Shown: positions 29,773-40,191, counted from the first letter of the stretch. The stretch: DNA of 64,000 bases from Candidatus Bathyarchaeota archaeon (GCA_963775465.1 CAVZIW010000010.1:42866-106865); one strand, 5' to 3'. Program-made: numbers and translations. Notes: generated by a model from the letters alone, not told the origin.

Positions 29773-31203
29773 TTATTCTGAAACCTCCCTCTTTATGAGT
29801 TTCTTTAGCTCTTCAGCGAGAAGCGACAGTTGGTGCTCATTTGTTTGTACTGAGGTTTCAGTTATGTTCCCCCGCAATAATGCGTCTCTGGTTAGAAGTT
29901 CTTCAGGGTTTTCTCCCCAGGCGCGAATTATCTCCTTTAGTTGCGTAATTCTGTTGGCTTGTGTTTTTGGTCTTATGGCTAATCCTGCTGACTGGTACAT
30001 GTTTCTGAGTGTTTCTACGCCTAGGCTTTGGACGTCTTCGTAGGTGTCTACTGTGTGTCCCATCATGTAATTGATGATTTCCGAGTCAATCTTTACTGCG
30101 CTCATCTGGGTCCTAAAGAATTTTCTGAGGCTATGTGTTCTGACGCTATACATCCAGCTGTCTGGTAGTTTTTTGGCGATTTTTGTGCTTACCACTAATT
30201 CGTGAACTATTTGACCTATAGTTTTCTCGGTAACGCCAATTACTCTGTCGGCGACACGGCTGTTTCGTATTAATGGTGAGTCGTCTGTTAGCTCTTCGGG
30301 CGGCGTTCTCTTGTTCCCGCGTTTTCTGTCCTCGATGTATAGTTTTAGCAGGTGGCTTGCTTCTGCGTTGATGAAGGTATCGTAGTCGTGGTATTTTCCT
30401 TTGGTGATGTCTGCTTCAACGTGGATGTGGATGGGTACTCTGTTGGCTTCTAAGTCTTCGCGGACATGTCTGTATTTGAGTTTGGCGAATGTTCCTTCTC
30501 TGAATCCGCCTGTTGCTATAGCGGCGATTATGAAGCTTTCTCGGGTGGCTGATTTGTCTAGCATTAGGGTGATTTCTTCTGGTTTGGGTGCTCTGTCTTT
30601 GTAGACGGCTTTGCGTCTGAGAGGTTCTAAGAGCTTTACTTCAGCGCCGTTTACATGGTAGAAGGTTTTGACGGCTTTTATGCAATTGTTAACTGAGTTG
30701 GGTTTTAATCCATTGTCTTGAAGTTCTGCTACATAGTCGTTTAGGAAGCCGCTGTGATTTTGTACTTTAAGTGGATCGGGGATTGCTCCTACTGGTTTTA
30801 TGTCCTGTATTATTGTGTCGGGGCTATGTCCTAGCCAAGTTGCGTATTTTCTTAGTTTGACTGTGTACATTAGACAGCTTTGATTTGAGGCTGAGCAGTG
30901 TCTGAAGAAGTGGCGTGCAACTTTTATTAGGCTCTTATTTTCGAAGATGTATGGGATTATGCTTGGTTGGTAGCTTAGGCAGGATTTTATGATGTATTCG
31001 ACTAAGCCGATTTCTTGAGTTTCTAGGATTTTGTTTTGGTCTATGCTTATTGGTGTTCTGAGTTTAAAATCGTTTAAGCTTCTCTCAATGATGATGGTGT
31101 CTTGTTGGAATATCAGCGGCAGTTTAAGGTTTTTCAGTTGTTCAACGGATAGTTTGCGTGTTCGAGTTATAGCGGGGGCTATGGTTTTTGCTCTTTGGAT
31201 CAT
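29773..31203 (-). CDS. Tyrosine recombinase/integrase
   Basis: Catalytic R (TGGFREG), K (TKGK), HSLR, MGH..DTY; probable start MIQRAK at 31203. Confidence 0.92.
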   Translation of the reverse strand: MIQRAKTIAPAITRTRKLSVEQLKNLKLPLIFQQDTIIIERSLNDFKLRTPISIDQNKILETQEIGLVEYIIKSCLSYQPSIIPYIFENKSLIKVARHFFRHCSASNQSCLMYTVKLRKYATWLGHSPDTIIQDIKPVGAIPDPLKVQNHSGFLNDYVAELQDNGLKPNSVNNCIKAVKTFYHVNGAEVKLLEPLRRKAVYKDRAPKPEEITLMLDKSATRESFIIAAIATGGFREGTFAKLKYRHVREDLEANRVPIHIHVEADITKGKYHDYDTFINAEASHLLKLYIEDRKRGNKRTPPEELTDDSPLIRNSRVADRVIGVTEKTIGQIVHELVVSTKIAKKLPDSWMYSVRTHSLRKFFRTQMSAVKIDSEIINYMMGHTVDTYEDVQSLGVETLRNMYQSAGLAIRPKTQANRITQLKEIIRAWGENPEELLTRDALLRGNITETSVQTNEHQLSLLAEELKKLIKREVSE

Positions 31204-31706
31204 GGTTTCTTCTCTCCCTTGCAAGTGGGGGAGTGAGTTTTTCGCTCCGTTGGTCGGAACGCATACTCATCCTTAACTATAGGCTGTGAAGAATTTAAGA
31301 TCCGTTGAACGGTTTCCTGTGAAATCTGAGCTTTGACTTTTAGTATTTCTAGCGCAATTATGTCTGATTTTAACAAGACCAAGCCAGAGGCCTTAGGATC
31401 GCCTCCATGCAGAGTCGGCGGTCCCGCATCTCTATCCCAAGACAAAATAACATAAAGCTCGCAATCGTAGACGAGCCAACCAACAGCTTCTCTGATTTGA
31501 GGTTGCATCGCCAAAGCAGAGCTCCGGTTATACAGAACATGGTCGCGGTAGCGGACCAATATTAGGTTGAGAAGTGAGTTTAGGGGGCTGGTTTTTGCAG
31601 AACCTTCAATTGGCTCTGACTTGCAAGAATTGGAATAGGCTTTAGTGTCAAATGCGTATTCCTCTGCAGGGATGATAAGACCAGCCTTTCCTTGCTCATC
31701 AACCAC
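31200..31706 (-). CDS. Hypothetical protein of the element
   Basis: 168 aa, overlaps the integrase start; VRYRDH..EAVGWLV motif. Confidence 0.6.
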   Translation of the reverse strand: MVDEQGKAGLIIPAEEYAFDTKAYSNSCKSEPIEGSAKTSPLNSLLNLILVRYRDHVLYNRSSALAMQPQIREAVGWLVYDCELYVILSWDRDAGPPTLHGGDPKASGLVLLKSDIIALEILKVKAQISQETVQRILNSSQPIVKDEYAFRPTERKTHSPTCKGEKKP

Positions 31707-31984
31707 TAGTGCGAAGCCCCCTTTTTGAGATCTTTTTTCTTCCCATATAGGCTGTCGATTACCATAGTTTTAATCTGAACCAGAATAGTTGGGTGTCCAT
31801 CAAGGTGAATGCCCTCAAATCGGTAGCCTTCTTCTAGAAACATAAGAATCCAATCAAGATCAAGCTGCTCACCAGGAATAACTATGCAATCCCCCAAGTC
31901 TTCGACGGGTAAAACTGCAAAGTTTTGCTTTAGATCTTCAAATGCAATCATCGGCGACACCCTCCTGACAATATTATAATGCAA
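31706..31984 (-). CDS. Hypothetical protein of the element
   Basis: 92-aa ORF translationally coupled to the next gene. Confidence 0.45.
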   Translation of the reverse strand: MHYNIVRRVSPMIAFEDLKQNFAVLPVEDLGDCIVIPGEQLDLDWILMFLEEGYRFEGIHLDGHPTILVQIKTMVIDSLYGKKKDLKKGASH

Positions 31985-32161
31985 TATGTGGTGGGGGAAT
32001 CAAACAAGCTAAGGGGTGATGTGTTCTTGTTTAGGGAGCTCTTAGAATGGGGGAGAGGTGCTCTAAAAATTGATAGAAGGCTAATGGCGTGGTGCTTAAA
32101 CACGCAAAATCTCCCAAAAAGCAAAACTTCTAGAAAGCTTTTTCCCCAAGAACACTGCCTC

Positions 32162-32317
32162 TTAGTTTGTTGAAGGTTTGTATTTTTCTGAGAGTCTTCT
32201 TAAGGCGTCTTTTATGACGTCGGCTCTGCTTGAGTAGCCGTGGGTTCCGACTAGAGGGTCGAGTGTTTCGTTGACTATGTTGCAGGGGAGTTTTATGGTT
32301 ACGTATTCATGCGTCAT
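32162..32317 (-). CDS. Ribbon-helix-helix (CopG/Arc/MetJ) protein, 51 aa, not in the ORF track
   Basis: MTHEYVTIKLPCNIVNETLDPLVGTHGYSSRADVIKDALRRLSEKYKPSTN; AGGTGA upstream. Confidence 0.8.
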   Translation of the reverse strand: MTHEYVTIKLPCNIVNETLDPLVGTHGYSSRADVIKDALRRLSEKYKPSTN

Positions 32318-32468
32318 TTAATCACCTATTATTAATTGATTTGTATCAGCCACGTTGAATTTAAGGTTTTTTTGCAAGCTATTAGTAATCTATAACAACC
32401 CTATGGCTGAATAATTGCCAAAAATACTTAAACAAGCACGTTACTAATACATTACTAAAGGAATAAAA

Positions 32469-32861
32469 TTGCCAAGAAAAATAGAAAAAGACCCAACCGA
32501 GGGCGACTATACAACCATAAAACTCCCAAACGACCTAGTCACTGCAATGGATAAATTAATCGGCACTTACGGCTTTAAGAGCCGCGCGGAAATCGTCAAA
32601 GAAGCCCTCCGCGAACTCCTAACCAAATACAAACCTCCACTGCCACGCTATGACCACTTTAACATGGGTGTCCACGGCGTAAGAATTACCGACCGACAGC
32701 TCCACAGAATAGCTGACATCCGCTTTAGTCCGGAAGGAATATACTGCGAACTAGACGAGAGCGAGAATTGCGGACATATAGAATTTGCGTTAACTGTTCC
32801 AGAAATCAAAGAAATAATCCGCAATAAAAGAAGCGAAGGCTGGAACCTCCCAGACATCTAA
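32469..32861 (+). CDS. RHH regulator with C-terminal Cys/His domain
   Basis: YTTIKLP..GFKSRAEIVKEALR; C-terminal C......C.H. Confidence 0.8.
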   Translation: MPRKIEKDPTEGDYTTIKLPNDLVTAMDKLIGTYGFKSRAEIVKEALRELLTKYKPPLPRYDHFNMGVHGVRITDRQLHRIADIRFSPEGIYCELDESENCGHIEFALTVPEIKEIIRNKRSEGWNLPDI

Positions 32862-32915
32862 GATCGTAGATAACCCCCGACCTTACGCATTTCATATTTT
32901 TCTGATTAGTTAAAA

Positions 32916-33176
32916 TCACTGATAGACGCTTTTTCTTAGACCTATCGCTACAACGTAGACTGTTTTGTCTTTCTCAGAAACTGTATATATTAATCGTAGT
33001 TTTCCAATACGCAGACTATAGCTCTCTTTTAAGTCTCCGTGAAGCCTCTTTCCAGCATACGCATCCTCTTCTAAACTAATCAAGCACTCTTGGACGTTTG
33101 CTTTGTCTTTTCCCTCTAACTTTTTGTAGAAACGCTCAATTTGCCTTGATAAAACAACCTTATACTTAGGCTTCAA
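32916..33176 (-). CDS. RelE/ParE family toxin
   Basis: YKVVLS..FYKKL, GKRLHGDL..YSLRIGKLRLIY..V.AIGLRKSVY. Confidence 0.88.
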   Translation of the reverse strand: MKPKYKVVLSRQIERFYKKLEGKDKANVQECLISLEEDAYAGKRLHGDLKESYSLRIGKLRLIYTVSEKDKTVYVVAIGLRKSVYQ

Positions 33177-33399
33177 CGTGCTCTTCCTTCAGAAGGGAAC
33201 GCAAATCCTTGACTCTTCCAGCCTTAATGTCATCTTGACCTTGCTTGATAGCTTTCATCATTTCTTTATCACTTAAAACATCGATGGTTTCCATAAGTTC
33301 ACTCATCAGCTTTGTAGCTTCATCTAGTTTTTGTTTGGTTTCAAAAAGAAGTTTGCGGTCTTCTTCATCTAAATACGCAGTTTTAGCCATCAAATCCAC
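33166..33399 (-). CDS. Cognate antitoxin (RelB/Phd-like C-terminus)
   Basis: Upstream of and overlapping the toxin; ETIDVLSD..MMKAIKQG.DDIKAGRV. Confidence 0.8.
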   Translation of the reverse strand: MDLMAKTAYLDEEDRKLLFETKQKLDEATKLMSELMETIDVLSDKEMMKAIKQGQDDIKAGRVKDLRSLLKEEHVEA

Positions 33400-33476
33400 C
33401 GATCTACTTAGATAATACTGATGCAGCTGAGACTAATAAATTTGAAAAAGCCTACTGCTTAATGTTGGTATAATTT

Positions 33477-33839
33477 TTACCCTTTTTTTAGTTGGAGGTC
33501 AAATCTTTTGACGAGTCGTTTTAGCTCTCTTTTTTCTTTACCATCATAGAAGAGGTCAATGATTTCATCTCTTCCTTTCTCAGTTAACTTCAACAAAACA
33601 TCTGAGCTACCCTCAGGGTCTTTAACAACACTCCAAGAGTCACCCTCCCGCAGCTCATTAAGAAAATTTTCACGGTCCACTTTAGGATTCAAATCCTTGA
33701 AAAGAGAATAGAACATAATCCCACTATGGACTGCAAGTGTATATTTGACAGCGACTTTGTAAATTGGAGGTTTCTTCTCAAGTAGCTCCAGTAGCTCTTC
33801 TTTGGCACTCTTTGCCTTGTGAACATTACTTTTTTCCAT
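33477..33839 (-). CDS. Hypothetical protein (possible winged helix)
   Basis: LKLTEKGR wing motif. Confidence 0.5.
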   Translation of the reverse strand: MEKSNVHKAKSAKEELLELLEKKPPIYKVAVKYTLAVHSGIMFYSLFKDLNPKVDRENFLNELREGDSWSVVKDPEGSSDVLLKLTEKGRDEIIDLFYDGKEKRELKRLVKRFDLQLKKG

Positions 33840-33845
33840 TTTGTG

Positions 33846-34496
33846 TTACCTCGTTTCTTCTGCTTTCACTGTAGTCTTGATATTGACCTTCATCGGTTGC
33901 TTTGTTGGAGTGTTACAATGTTCAGGAAGCATCCAAACGGGTTTGCTGTTCATTATCTCCCGTTCGGAGGGCAAAGGATATGGCAAACCCAACGCTTCAA
34001 ACACGCTGGTCTCGTTTTCTCCAGCAACTGCCACGCTGTCTTTGATTAGGCCTTCACTGTACTTGAGCCGCATCCCTTTGCAAAATGCGTGTGCAGCAAG
34101 CCACATATTATGTTCAGCTGAACCCGTTCGGACAAGTAGGTGAATGCCGAAAGTGGATGGCTGAGCTCGATAGAAGTCCACTTGGAAAAAGCCGTTTTGG
34201 CAGGGCACAAAGGCTTTAATGACGCTGTTGCCTGAGCAGTTAGGTTTAGATTTTAATTGTTTTAGTTTTTCATTTATCTTTTGCCAATCAGCATCGTTTT
34301 TTGCTACTACAACAAAGTCAATATCATGTACCGTTGTTTTTTGTCGTCTTATGCTGCCTGCAACCTCAATCAACTCGCATAGAGGTTCCACAGTTGTTTT
34401 AATTGAGGCGGCTATTTTTTGGGCTTGTGTTAAATCCAGTTTATCGATAATTTTAGCTGTATCTTGAGGAAATAATGTGGCTTGTCTTTTCATCAT
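33846..34496 (-). CDS. Minimal PolX-family nucleotidyltransferase (palm + thumb)
   Basis: AGSIRR...DID, QVDFY, RTGSAEHN, LGLPYPLPSER. Confidence 0.85.
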   Translation of the reverse strand: MMKRQATLFPQDTAKIIDKLDLTQAQKIAASIKTTVEPLCELIEVAGSIRRQKTTVHDIDFVVVAKNDADWQKINEKLKQLKSKPNCSGNSVIKAFVPCQNGFFQVDFYRAQPSTFGIHLLVRTGSAEHNMWLAAHAFCKGMRLKYSEGLIKDSVAVAGENETSVFEALGLPYPLPSEREIMNSKPVWMLPEHCNTPTKQPMKVNIKTTVKAEETR

Positions 34497-34896
34497 TTTA
34501 TCACTTACAGTTATAGTTCCTAATTAGTTTGTTTGAGATAGGTGCTTAGTGGGTTTGCCAGAGACGTTTATAGGTTATTTGTTTGAGCATAGTTCATCAC
34601 GCAGTTGTTCTACAACGACTCACCTTTGTGTTTTCTTTTGAGGCTATCCAGGAGAACGGAATAATGTTGGAGAACACAGCAGGTCTTAAAGTTGCAATTA
34701 TAGAGAAAGAGCTTGAGATAAACGATGGCACTTCCAGCTTCAAGTTTCCATCTGGAAAAAAACACAAATAAGACCTCGAAATCTGGGGGGGTATAGTAGG
34801 AAAGCCTTCCGCAAAATATCTTATAATCAGAACATATAAAATGATTATAATTTGTTTTAACCTGACTTATCCTATACCACAAATTTGTGAAAGACC

Positions 34897-35520
34897 TTAG
34901 CCCTTTCTTCGAGCTCCACAATTTGGGCAGAAAACTGAAGTTTGGGGCATTAATCCGGCACAATATGAGCATGGAATCAAAACAACTTCTCGAGTAACCT
35001 CTTTCATGATTGCAGGCGAATTTTGACCAGGCTGAGGCCTCGCGACCTGGATCTCGTATTCCTGCGTTTGTATGACCGGCCTTCCCACTGATTCCATGAC
35101 AGCCCTCAACATCCACTTTACGTTGTGGTCAATGCTGTAGAGCGTCTGCTGAGCTGCAAAAGATATGCCTATCGCGTAATTGTACGTAGCCCCAAAACCT
35201 TGAGGTATAGTTGAGGCACCAAAAACCTTGCAGCTGCCATTGCAGATTTCTGCTCTGTCCCAATACTCGCTTTGCTGCGTCCCATACTGGCTGCTCCAAG
35301 TCTTAGTTTTCTTTATGCTCTCAATGCAGCTCAACCGCACAAGAACTTGGTTTACCACGAATTCCTCATCGGAAGCCACCTTTAATTTACCAGTTACTTG
35401 CTCCCCCAGAGAATACTGCGATTTGTCCGCGTACAATTCGATTCTTGCTTTCGGCAGAGTTGCCCCGGGCGGATTCAGAATTTTGGACAGCCAACTTGGA
35501 CACATAGAGCGACCGCTCAC
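34897..35520 (-). CDS. Arrestin/SpoOM-like beta-sandwich protein with C-terminal zinc ribbon
   Basis: Y..GE.VTG.L.V pattern; C-terminal CSYC..FCPNCGA. Confidence 0.6.
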   Translation of the reverse strand: MSGRSMCPSWLSKILNPPGATLPKARIELYADKSQYSLGEQVTGKLKVASDEEFVVNQVLVRLSCIESIKKTKTWSSQYGTQQSEYWDRAEICNGSCKVFGASTIPQGFGATYNYAIGISFAAQQTLYSIDHNVKWMLRAVMESVGRPVIQTQEYEIQVARPQPGQNSPAIMKEVTREVVLIPCSYCAGLMPQTSVFCPNCGARRKG

Positions 35521-35633
35521 TTTGGTATATTGACTATACGTTTATCTTAAAAGACTTGTGAATCAACAATTCTGCATTTCCGTAAGCGCGCGCTAGCATT
35601 TGATTGAAAAATCGAAAAATTGAGGATTTCCAA

Positions 35634-35783
35634 TTATTTCTTCACTTGCAAGAGCTTGTCCCTAACTGCCTCAGCCACAAACTCTGCCCTTGAGCGATAT
35701 CCCAAGATCTTCTTTTCCAAAATTTTGTCGACTTCATCAGCCAATTCGACAGGCAGTTTCACATTAACGTATCTTCGGGGCAT
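35634..35783 (-). CDS. Ribbon-helix-helix protein, 49 aa, not in the ORF track
   Basis: MPRRYVNVKLPVELADEVDKILEKKILGYRSRAEFVAEAVRDKLLQVKK. Confidence 0.8.
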   Translation of the reverse strand: MPRRYVNVKLPVELADEVDKILEKKILGYRSRAEFVAEAVRDKLLQVKK

Positions 35784-35810
35784 AGTCAATGGTTCAGCGG
35801 AAGCTTTTAT

Positions 35811-36143
35811 GTGTTTGATGGATCACTTATGAAGCATAGGTGCTATCGGTTGAAACAACCTTTAGAACGTCAAATCCTTGTCTTCCTAGGTCTCATGCTC
35901 GGCATACTTCCAGGCCTATTTTTCATCAGGTACTTTTCAGAACATCCGCCAAAACCAAACTGTTTCTCAGAGCCCAAATTTACCACTCAGTGCTTTCAAT
36001 GCATTTGGGCAAATAAATGTCGGCCTTCTGCTGCTCCCGATTGTTTCGGTTCACTCTGCAACACCTGCAAATGGTTTGACGGCATATGTTGCGTGCATCC
36101 AGCTGTGTCAGTTAACTTGATTGCTCAGGACAGACTGCGGTGA
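35811..36143 (+). CDS. Cys-rich small membrane protein
   Basis: One TM helix followed by about 9 Cys. Confidence 0.4.
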   Translation: MFDGSLMKHRCYRLKQPLERQILVFLGLMLGILPGLFFIRYFSEHPPKPNCFSEPKFTTQCFQCIWANKCRPSAAPDCFGSLCNTCKWFDGICCVHPAVSVNLIAQDRLR

Positions 36144-36505
36144 TGAGTTCTTGTCCTGATTGCGGATTCGCAGGAGACTTTGAAGTTATAAGGGAGATCG
36201 AAGACGCTGATCTTCTCATCACTAAACTTCGGTGCGAAAATTGCGGTTGCCAGTTTGATGTAATTGAACGCAAAGAATTAACTTATGAAATTACGAAGCA
36301 TGGCAACATCGGAAAGGCGCTGGCAGTTGAAGTGACGCAAAGTGAGCGAAAAGAATTTGAAAATAGACTGGTGGATTTGCAAAAACTGCTCAGCAAGATA
36401 TTTGGACTATATTCGGGTGATGCGGCGCTGATGACAATACTGCATAATGAGCTGCAAGAGGCAATATTGATAACAAGAAACTTTAGCCGAAACCTGAAAC
36501 GGTGA
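36140..36505 (+). CDS. Zinc-finger protein
   Basis: CPDC...CENC followed by a helical C-terminus. Confidence 0.55.
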   Translation: MMSSCPDCGFAGDFEVIREIEDADLLITKLRCENCGCQFDVIERKELTYEITKHGNIGKALAVEVTQSERKEFENRLVDLQKLLSKIFGLYSGDAALMTILHNELQEAILITRNFSRNLKR

Positions 36506-36803
36506 AAGCGAAAAGACTTGCTGCTCACATACCTAAGACAATGCATACAAGAATGGTATGTCTTAGGCCGGTGAGTTAATTCCCTTGATAGCCTAAGGTT
36601 TTCCGGGAGAATAGAGATAAAGAGCTATTCGTCAGAACGTGTAAAATTAATAAAATATTTTTGGATCTACCTTATCTCATGCCGGTCAAATTCCGGAAGA
36701 CCTTTACGCCGATCATTGTCTGCAGCGTTTTCGGGATATGAAGGAAGATCTTCAGAGTTTTAACTAATCATCCACACACGTAAGTTGGACTCAAAGAGTC
36801 GTC

Positions 36804-37130
36804 TCAAGGCAATGAGATAGGATCAACTGATACTTTTATCGCGGCATACAAGGGCGAGCTCGTTCTTATCGCTTTTTCCACGTCATCTCTTGATGGAAGG
36901 GCAACTTTTGTGTTTTCTACGAGGCGCTGGAGCATCTCTTGGCTGACTCTGATATTGTATTGCGACTCTAAAAGACCTGCAACCATCCGTTCAAATTGCC
37001 CGCGTTGCCTTGCCGGAATGGGAAGCGGAACTGGAATAAGGGCAACTGGATTTGGCGGTTTTGGCAGCGGCGATGGTATTGCCTCTACCTTTCTAACTGG
37101 TTCGTTCGGTTCAGACAAAACATTCACCAA
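36804..37130 (-). CDS. Hypothetical Pro-rich protein
   Basis: 108-aa ORF. Confidence 0.4.
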   Translation of the reverse strand: MVNVLSEPNEPVRKVEAIPSPLPKPPNPVALIPVPLPIPARQRGQFERMVAGLLESQYNIRVSQEMLQRLVENTKVALPSRDDVEKAIRTSSPLYAAIKVSVDPISLP

Positions 37131-37453
37131 TCCATTATTGTTTGAGTTTTACTTAAAAAATTTTTAGATGAGCCCAATCAGTGCGTACAGTGTTTTTGTG
37201 CATGCGAAAATTTCTTTAGCTAAGGGCTTCCATAATCCACAAGCGAAGGTTTGGCAGTTTGGCTCGCAAAAAAATCGTTCTCTTGACCGTAGCTCTCGTT
37301 GTTGTCACTCCTCGGCTTGTTCGATGGAATGCTCATCCTAAATTACATATATCCTGCCTCAATTCATATAGACGTATGCACCAACGTTAATCTACTGTAT
37401 TATAACTTTTTATTAAGCGCCCGCTTAGAGTTGGTGAGTTCGCCGATCATACG

Positions 37454-38164
37454 TTACTTCGACAATATCTCGTAGGTGAATTCAACCTCGTTTGGTTTTG
37501 TATGTGAATGAAGCCCAACACCGAGATTGTCAAATTTGTCTGTGAAGGTAGCTGCGTAATAGCAAATCTGATCGTCCTTGTTCATTTCCAATATTTTTCC
37601 TATAAGTGGAATTACCCCTCCAGCCAAGTCCGTGACCGTTGAGAGCATAGGATTAGCTGTTGTCGCCAAAGTGGTTAGGACTTTCTGGATGTCTTTGAAC
37701 CCTTGGTTGTCGTTGACAGCTTTAAGAATTTCTGCAGCATCTCTTTGGGGCTGGTCACTTTCCACTATTTGTAGCCTAATGTCCAAGTACCGAGGTAACT
37801 TCCCAGGAGAATTCTGATATATTGCTAATCCGTTTCCTCCAATGTCTAAAACATCGCCTTTCTTGACATTTATAAATGTCTTTACATCGTATGATAACGG
37901 TTTTTCCTCTGAACCATCGGCAACTGAATAAACCAAATAGATTTCTGCATTTTTATCCCATGCCGGTTCATGGATGTTCAATATTCTGACTTTTTTTAAC
38001 CTGATCATTACATCCGTAATACTGGAGTCCAAAGTCATGCGCATTAAGTTTGACGACATACTTTTCGAGAAACGCCTGCGTTCTAAATTCTCTATTAATT
38101 CCAAACTTGGTTGCTCTACAATGTCAGGCATTACATCTGCTTTTTCTAACACAATAAATGGCAA
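37454..38164 (-). CDS. Hypothetical beta-sandwich protein with a hydrophobic helical insert
   Basis: GGTGA upstream; alternating beta strands, then IVESD - Ala/Gly/Thr-rich helices - NKDD. Confidence 0.7.
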   Translation of the reverse strand: MPFIVLEKADVMPDIVEQPSLELIENLERRRFSKSMSSNLMRMTLDSSITDVMIRLKKVRILNIHEPAWDKNAEIYLVYSVADGSEEKPLSYDVKTFINVKKGDVLDIGGNGLAIYQNSPGKLPRYLDIRLQIVESDQPQRDAAEILKAVNDNQGFKDIQKVLTTLATTANPMLSTVTDLAGGVIPLIGKILEMNKDDQICYYAATFTDKFDNLGVGLHSHTKPNEVEFTYEILSK

Positions 38165-38311
38165 TCAAATCACCATATTATGGATGTGTTTTTTATCATA
38201 TAAAATCTTTCGCTAGAATCAATATATTTTTTAACAAAAAAAATTATTAGATTATCATAAATCAGTCAAACAGTTTTATTTGCTTGCAAATGAATTGTAT
38301 ACTGAGCAGAA

Positions 38312-40174
38312 ATGCAAGCAAGACTCCCTTTAATGATTCAAGATCCCTCAACTTCAAAAAAATATAAAGATTTACCAAACTTAGGGCTGGAGGGCTTCAA
38401 TCCGAAGAATGAGGAGTTCTTTCTATCAGGTCCCATTTCCAAGCAGATCGCCGTTCTGGATTTTGATCCGGAAACAGGCAAATTGGTTAAAGGTGCAAAA
38501 TGGCACAAACCACCACCAAAACGGAAAAGGGGTTGGTACGAAAACGACGGGGAAGATGAGGAAAAAAAGAGGCGATTTGACGAATACGACAAACTGAATC
38601 TGGAAGATTTGACAGCTCCGGCTTTCTTGCAAGTAAACACCTTTGCTACTGTACTTAAAACAATTTACATGTTACGCGAGAGCGAGAAGGAAAAGGACAA
38701 AGATAAAGGGGATACATTAGGGCACTCAATTACTTGGGCTAGCGGTTTGCCCCAACTGCTTGTGATTCCTAGAGCCGGACGAATGAAAAATGCGTTTTAT
38801 CATAGAGAATCTAATAGCCTCCAGTTCTTCATGTTTTCTCCCAAAGATAATCCTGATCAAACGGTTTACACGTGCCTTTTTCGAGACATAGTTGCCCACG
38901 AAACAGGACACGCTATAGTAGATGCAATCGCCCCTGACCTATATCATGCCCAACAGAGTCAAGCGCTGGCAATGCATGAATCCATAGCCGATCTAACGGC
39001 TCTTCTCATGGCCATATCGAGTTGGAATCTTAATAGAATCGTTCTCAAGAAAAACCACGGTATTATCAGAGATTCCAACGACTTCAGCACTATCGCCGAA
39101 AACTGGAGAACAGAATTAGAGGAAGGGGGTAGACATATGCGAAACTTGCTAAACAATAAGACTCTAAATTCCCTAAGGAGCGATGAATGCCATGAACTCA
39201 GCGAGGTTTTAAGTGGAGCCCTGTACAATGTGTTTCTGAAAATATATGAAGACTTCAAAGATGAACTAGAACCTCACTATGCCAAAGATCCAAGATTTAG
39301 TCGGAATCTTTGGTTACACGTTTCTCGTTCTGCTCTTTATGACTATGCTGCTGAACGCTTCAAACAGATGATTTTTCGGGCACTTGATTATCTGCCTCCC
39401 GGTGATGTCTCATTTGTTGACTATGGACGAGCAATAGTAGCTGCCGATTCTGTCGGATACTATGGAGAAGAACGCACTCTAAAAATTCGTGACTGGATTA
39501 CAAACGAGTTTTTTAATAGAAATATTATTAATGACAAAGATGCGTTGGACGTTAGCACTTTTTTCAAAGATGATGCGTTGAATGGTTTTGATGTTTCGAA
39601 TCTCTGCAAAAGTGACTGGGAGGCTTATCGATTCGCAAACAGCCCCGAAGGTCGTAGGTTGTTGTGCATACCACCTGAAATACCCTTTGAAGTACTCTCC
39701 CCTCGATTAGAGGTTAGAAAGAAACCGATTGGAAAGCCACCTCTCTGTGATCCGGCTAACATCCAAGAAACTCATGAGTGTATTTTCAAGGTTGCCTGGG
39801 ATCCTATTGAAAAGAACCCGATTGGATCGGGCTATCCGGAAAATCGCCGATTCAGAGTTGGAACAACTTTAGCACTATATTGGGAAGATGGAACTGTCCT
39901 GGCACTTTTATCTTCTGCTCCACCGCACAAAACAAACACTGACAAACGCTACACAAATCAGAAACAGCGGTCCATTGTAGCCGATGAATTTAACGAAAAA
40001 TCTGAGAACCGAACCAATTTCGTAAAATGCCTAATTAAAGAAGGCTTGCTCAAGTTTAATCAACATTCATTTGGTCCAGACGGGCGCACTCCTCTGCTTT
40101 CCTGCATTCAAGCTGAAGATTTGGATGGTATAATGCGAATAAGAGGAGCTGCAAAGATGTTACATATCATTTAA
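38312..40174 (+). CDS. Cytoplasmic thermolysin-like (M4/M36-type gluzincin) metalloprotease
   Basis: NAFY, DIVAHETGH, AMHESIAD, ECHELS; no signal peptide. Confidence 0.8.
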   Translation: MQARLPLMIQDPSTSKKYKDLPNLGLEGFNPKNEEFFLSGPISKQIAVLDFDPETGKLVKGAKWHKPPPKRKRGWYENDGEDEEKKRRFDEYDKLNLEDLTAPAFLQVNTFATVLKTIYMLRESEKEKDKDKGDTLGHSITWASGLPQLLVIPRAGRMKNAFYHRESNSLQFFMFSPKDNPDQTVYTCLFRDIVAHETGHAIVDAIAPDLYHAQQSQALAMHESIADLTALLMAISSWNLNRIVLKKNHGIIRDSNDFSTIAENWRTELEEGGRHMRNLLNNKTLNSLRSDECHELSEVLSGALYNVFLKIYEDFKDELEPHYAKDPRFSRNLWLHVSRSALYDYAAERFKQMIFRALDYLPPGDVSFVDYGRAIVAADSVGYYGEERTLKIRDWITNEFFNRNIINDKDALDVSTFFKDDALNGFDVSNLCKSDWEAYRFANSPEGRRLLCIPPEIPFEVLSPRLEVRKKPIGKPPLCDPANIQETHECIFKVAWDPIEKNPIGSGYPENRRFRVGTTLALYWEDGTVLALLSSAPPHKTNTDKRYTNQKQRSIVADEFNEKSENRTNFVKCLIKEGLLKFNQHSFGPDGRTPLLSCIQAEDLDGIMRIRGAAKMLHII

Positions 40175-40191
40175 AAATAGAAGGTATATTC

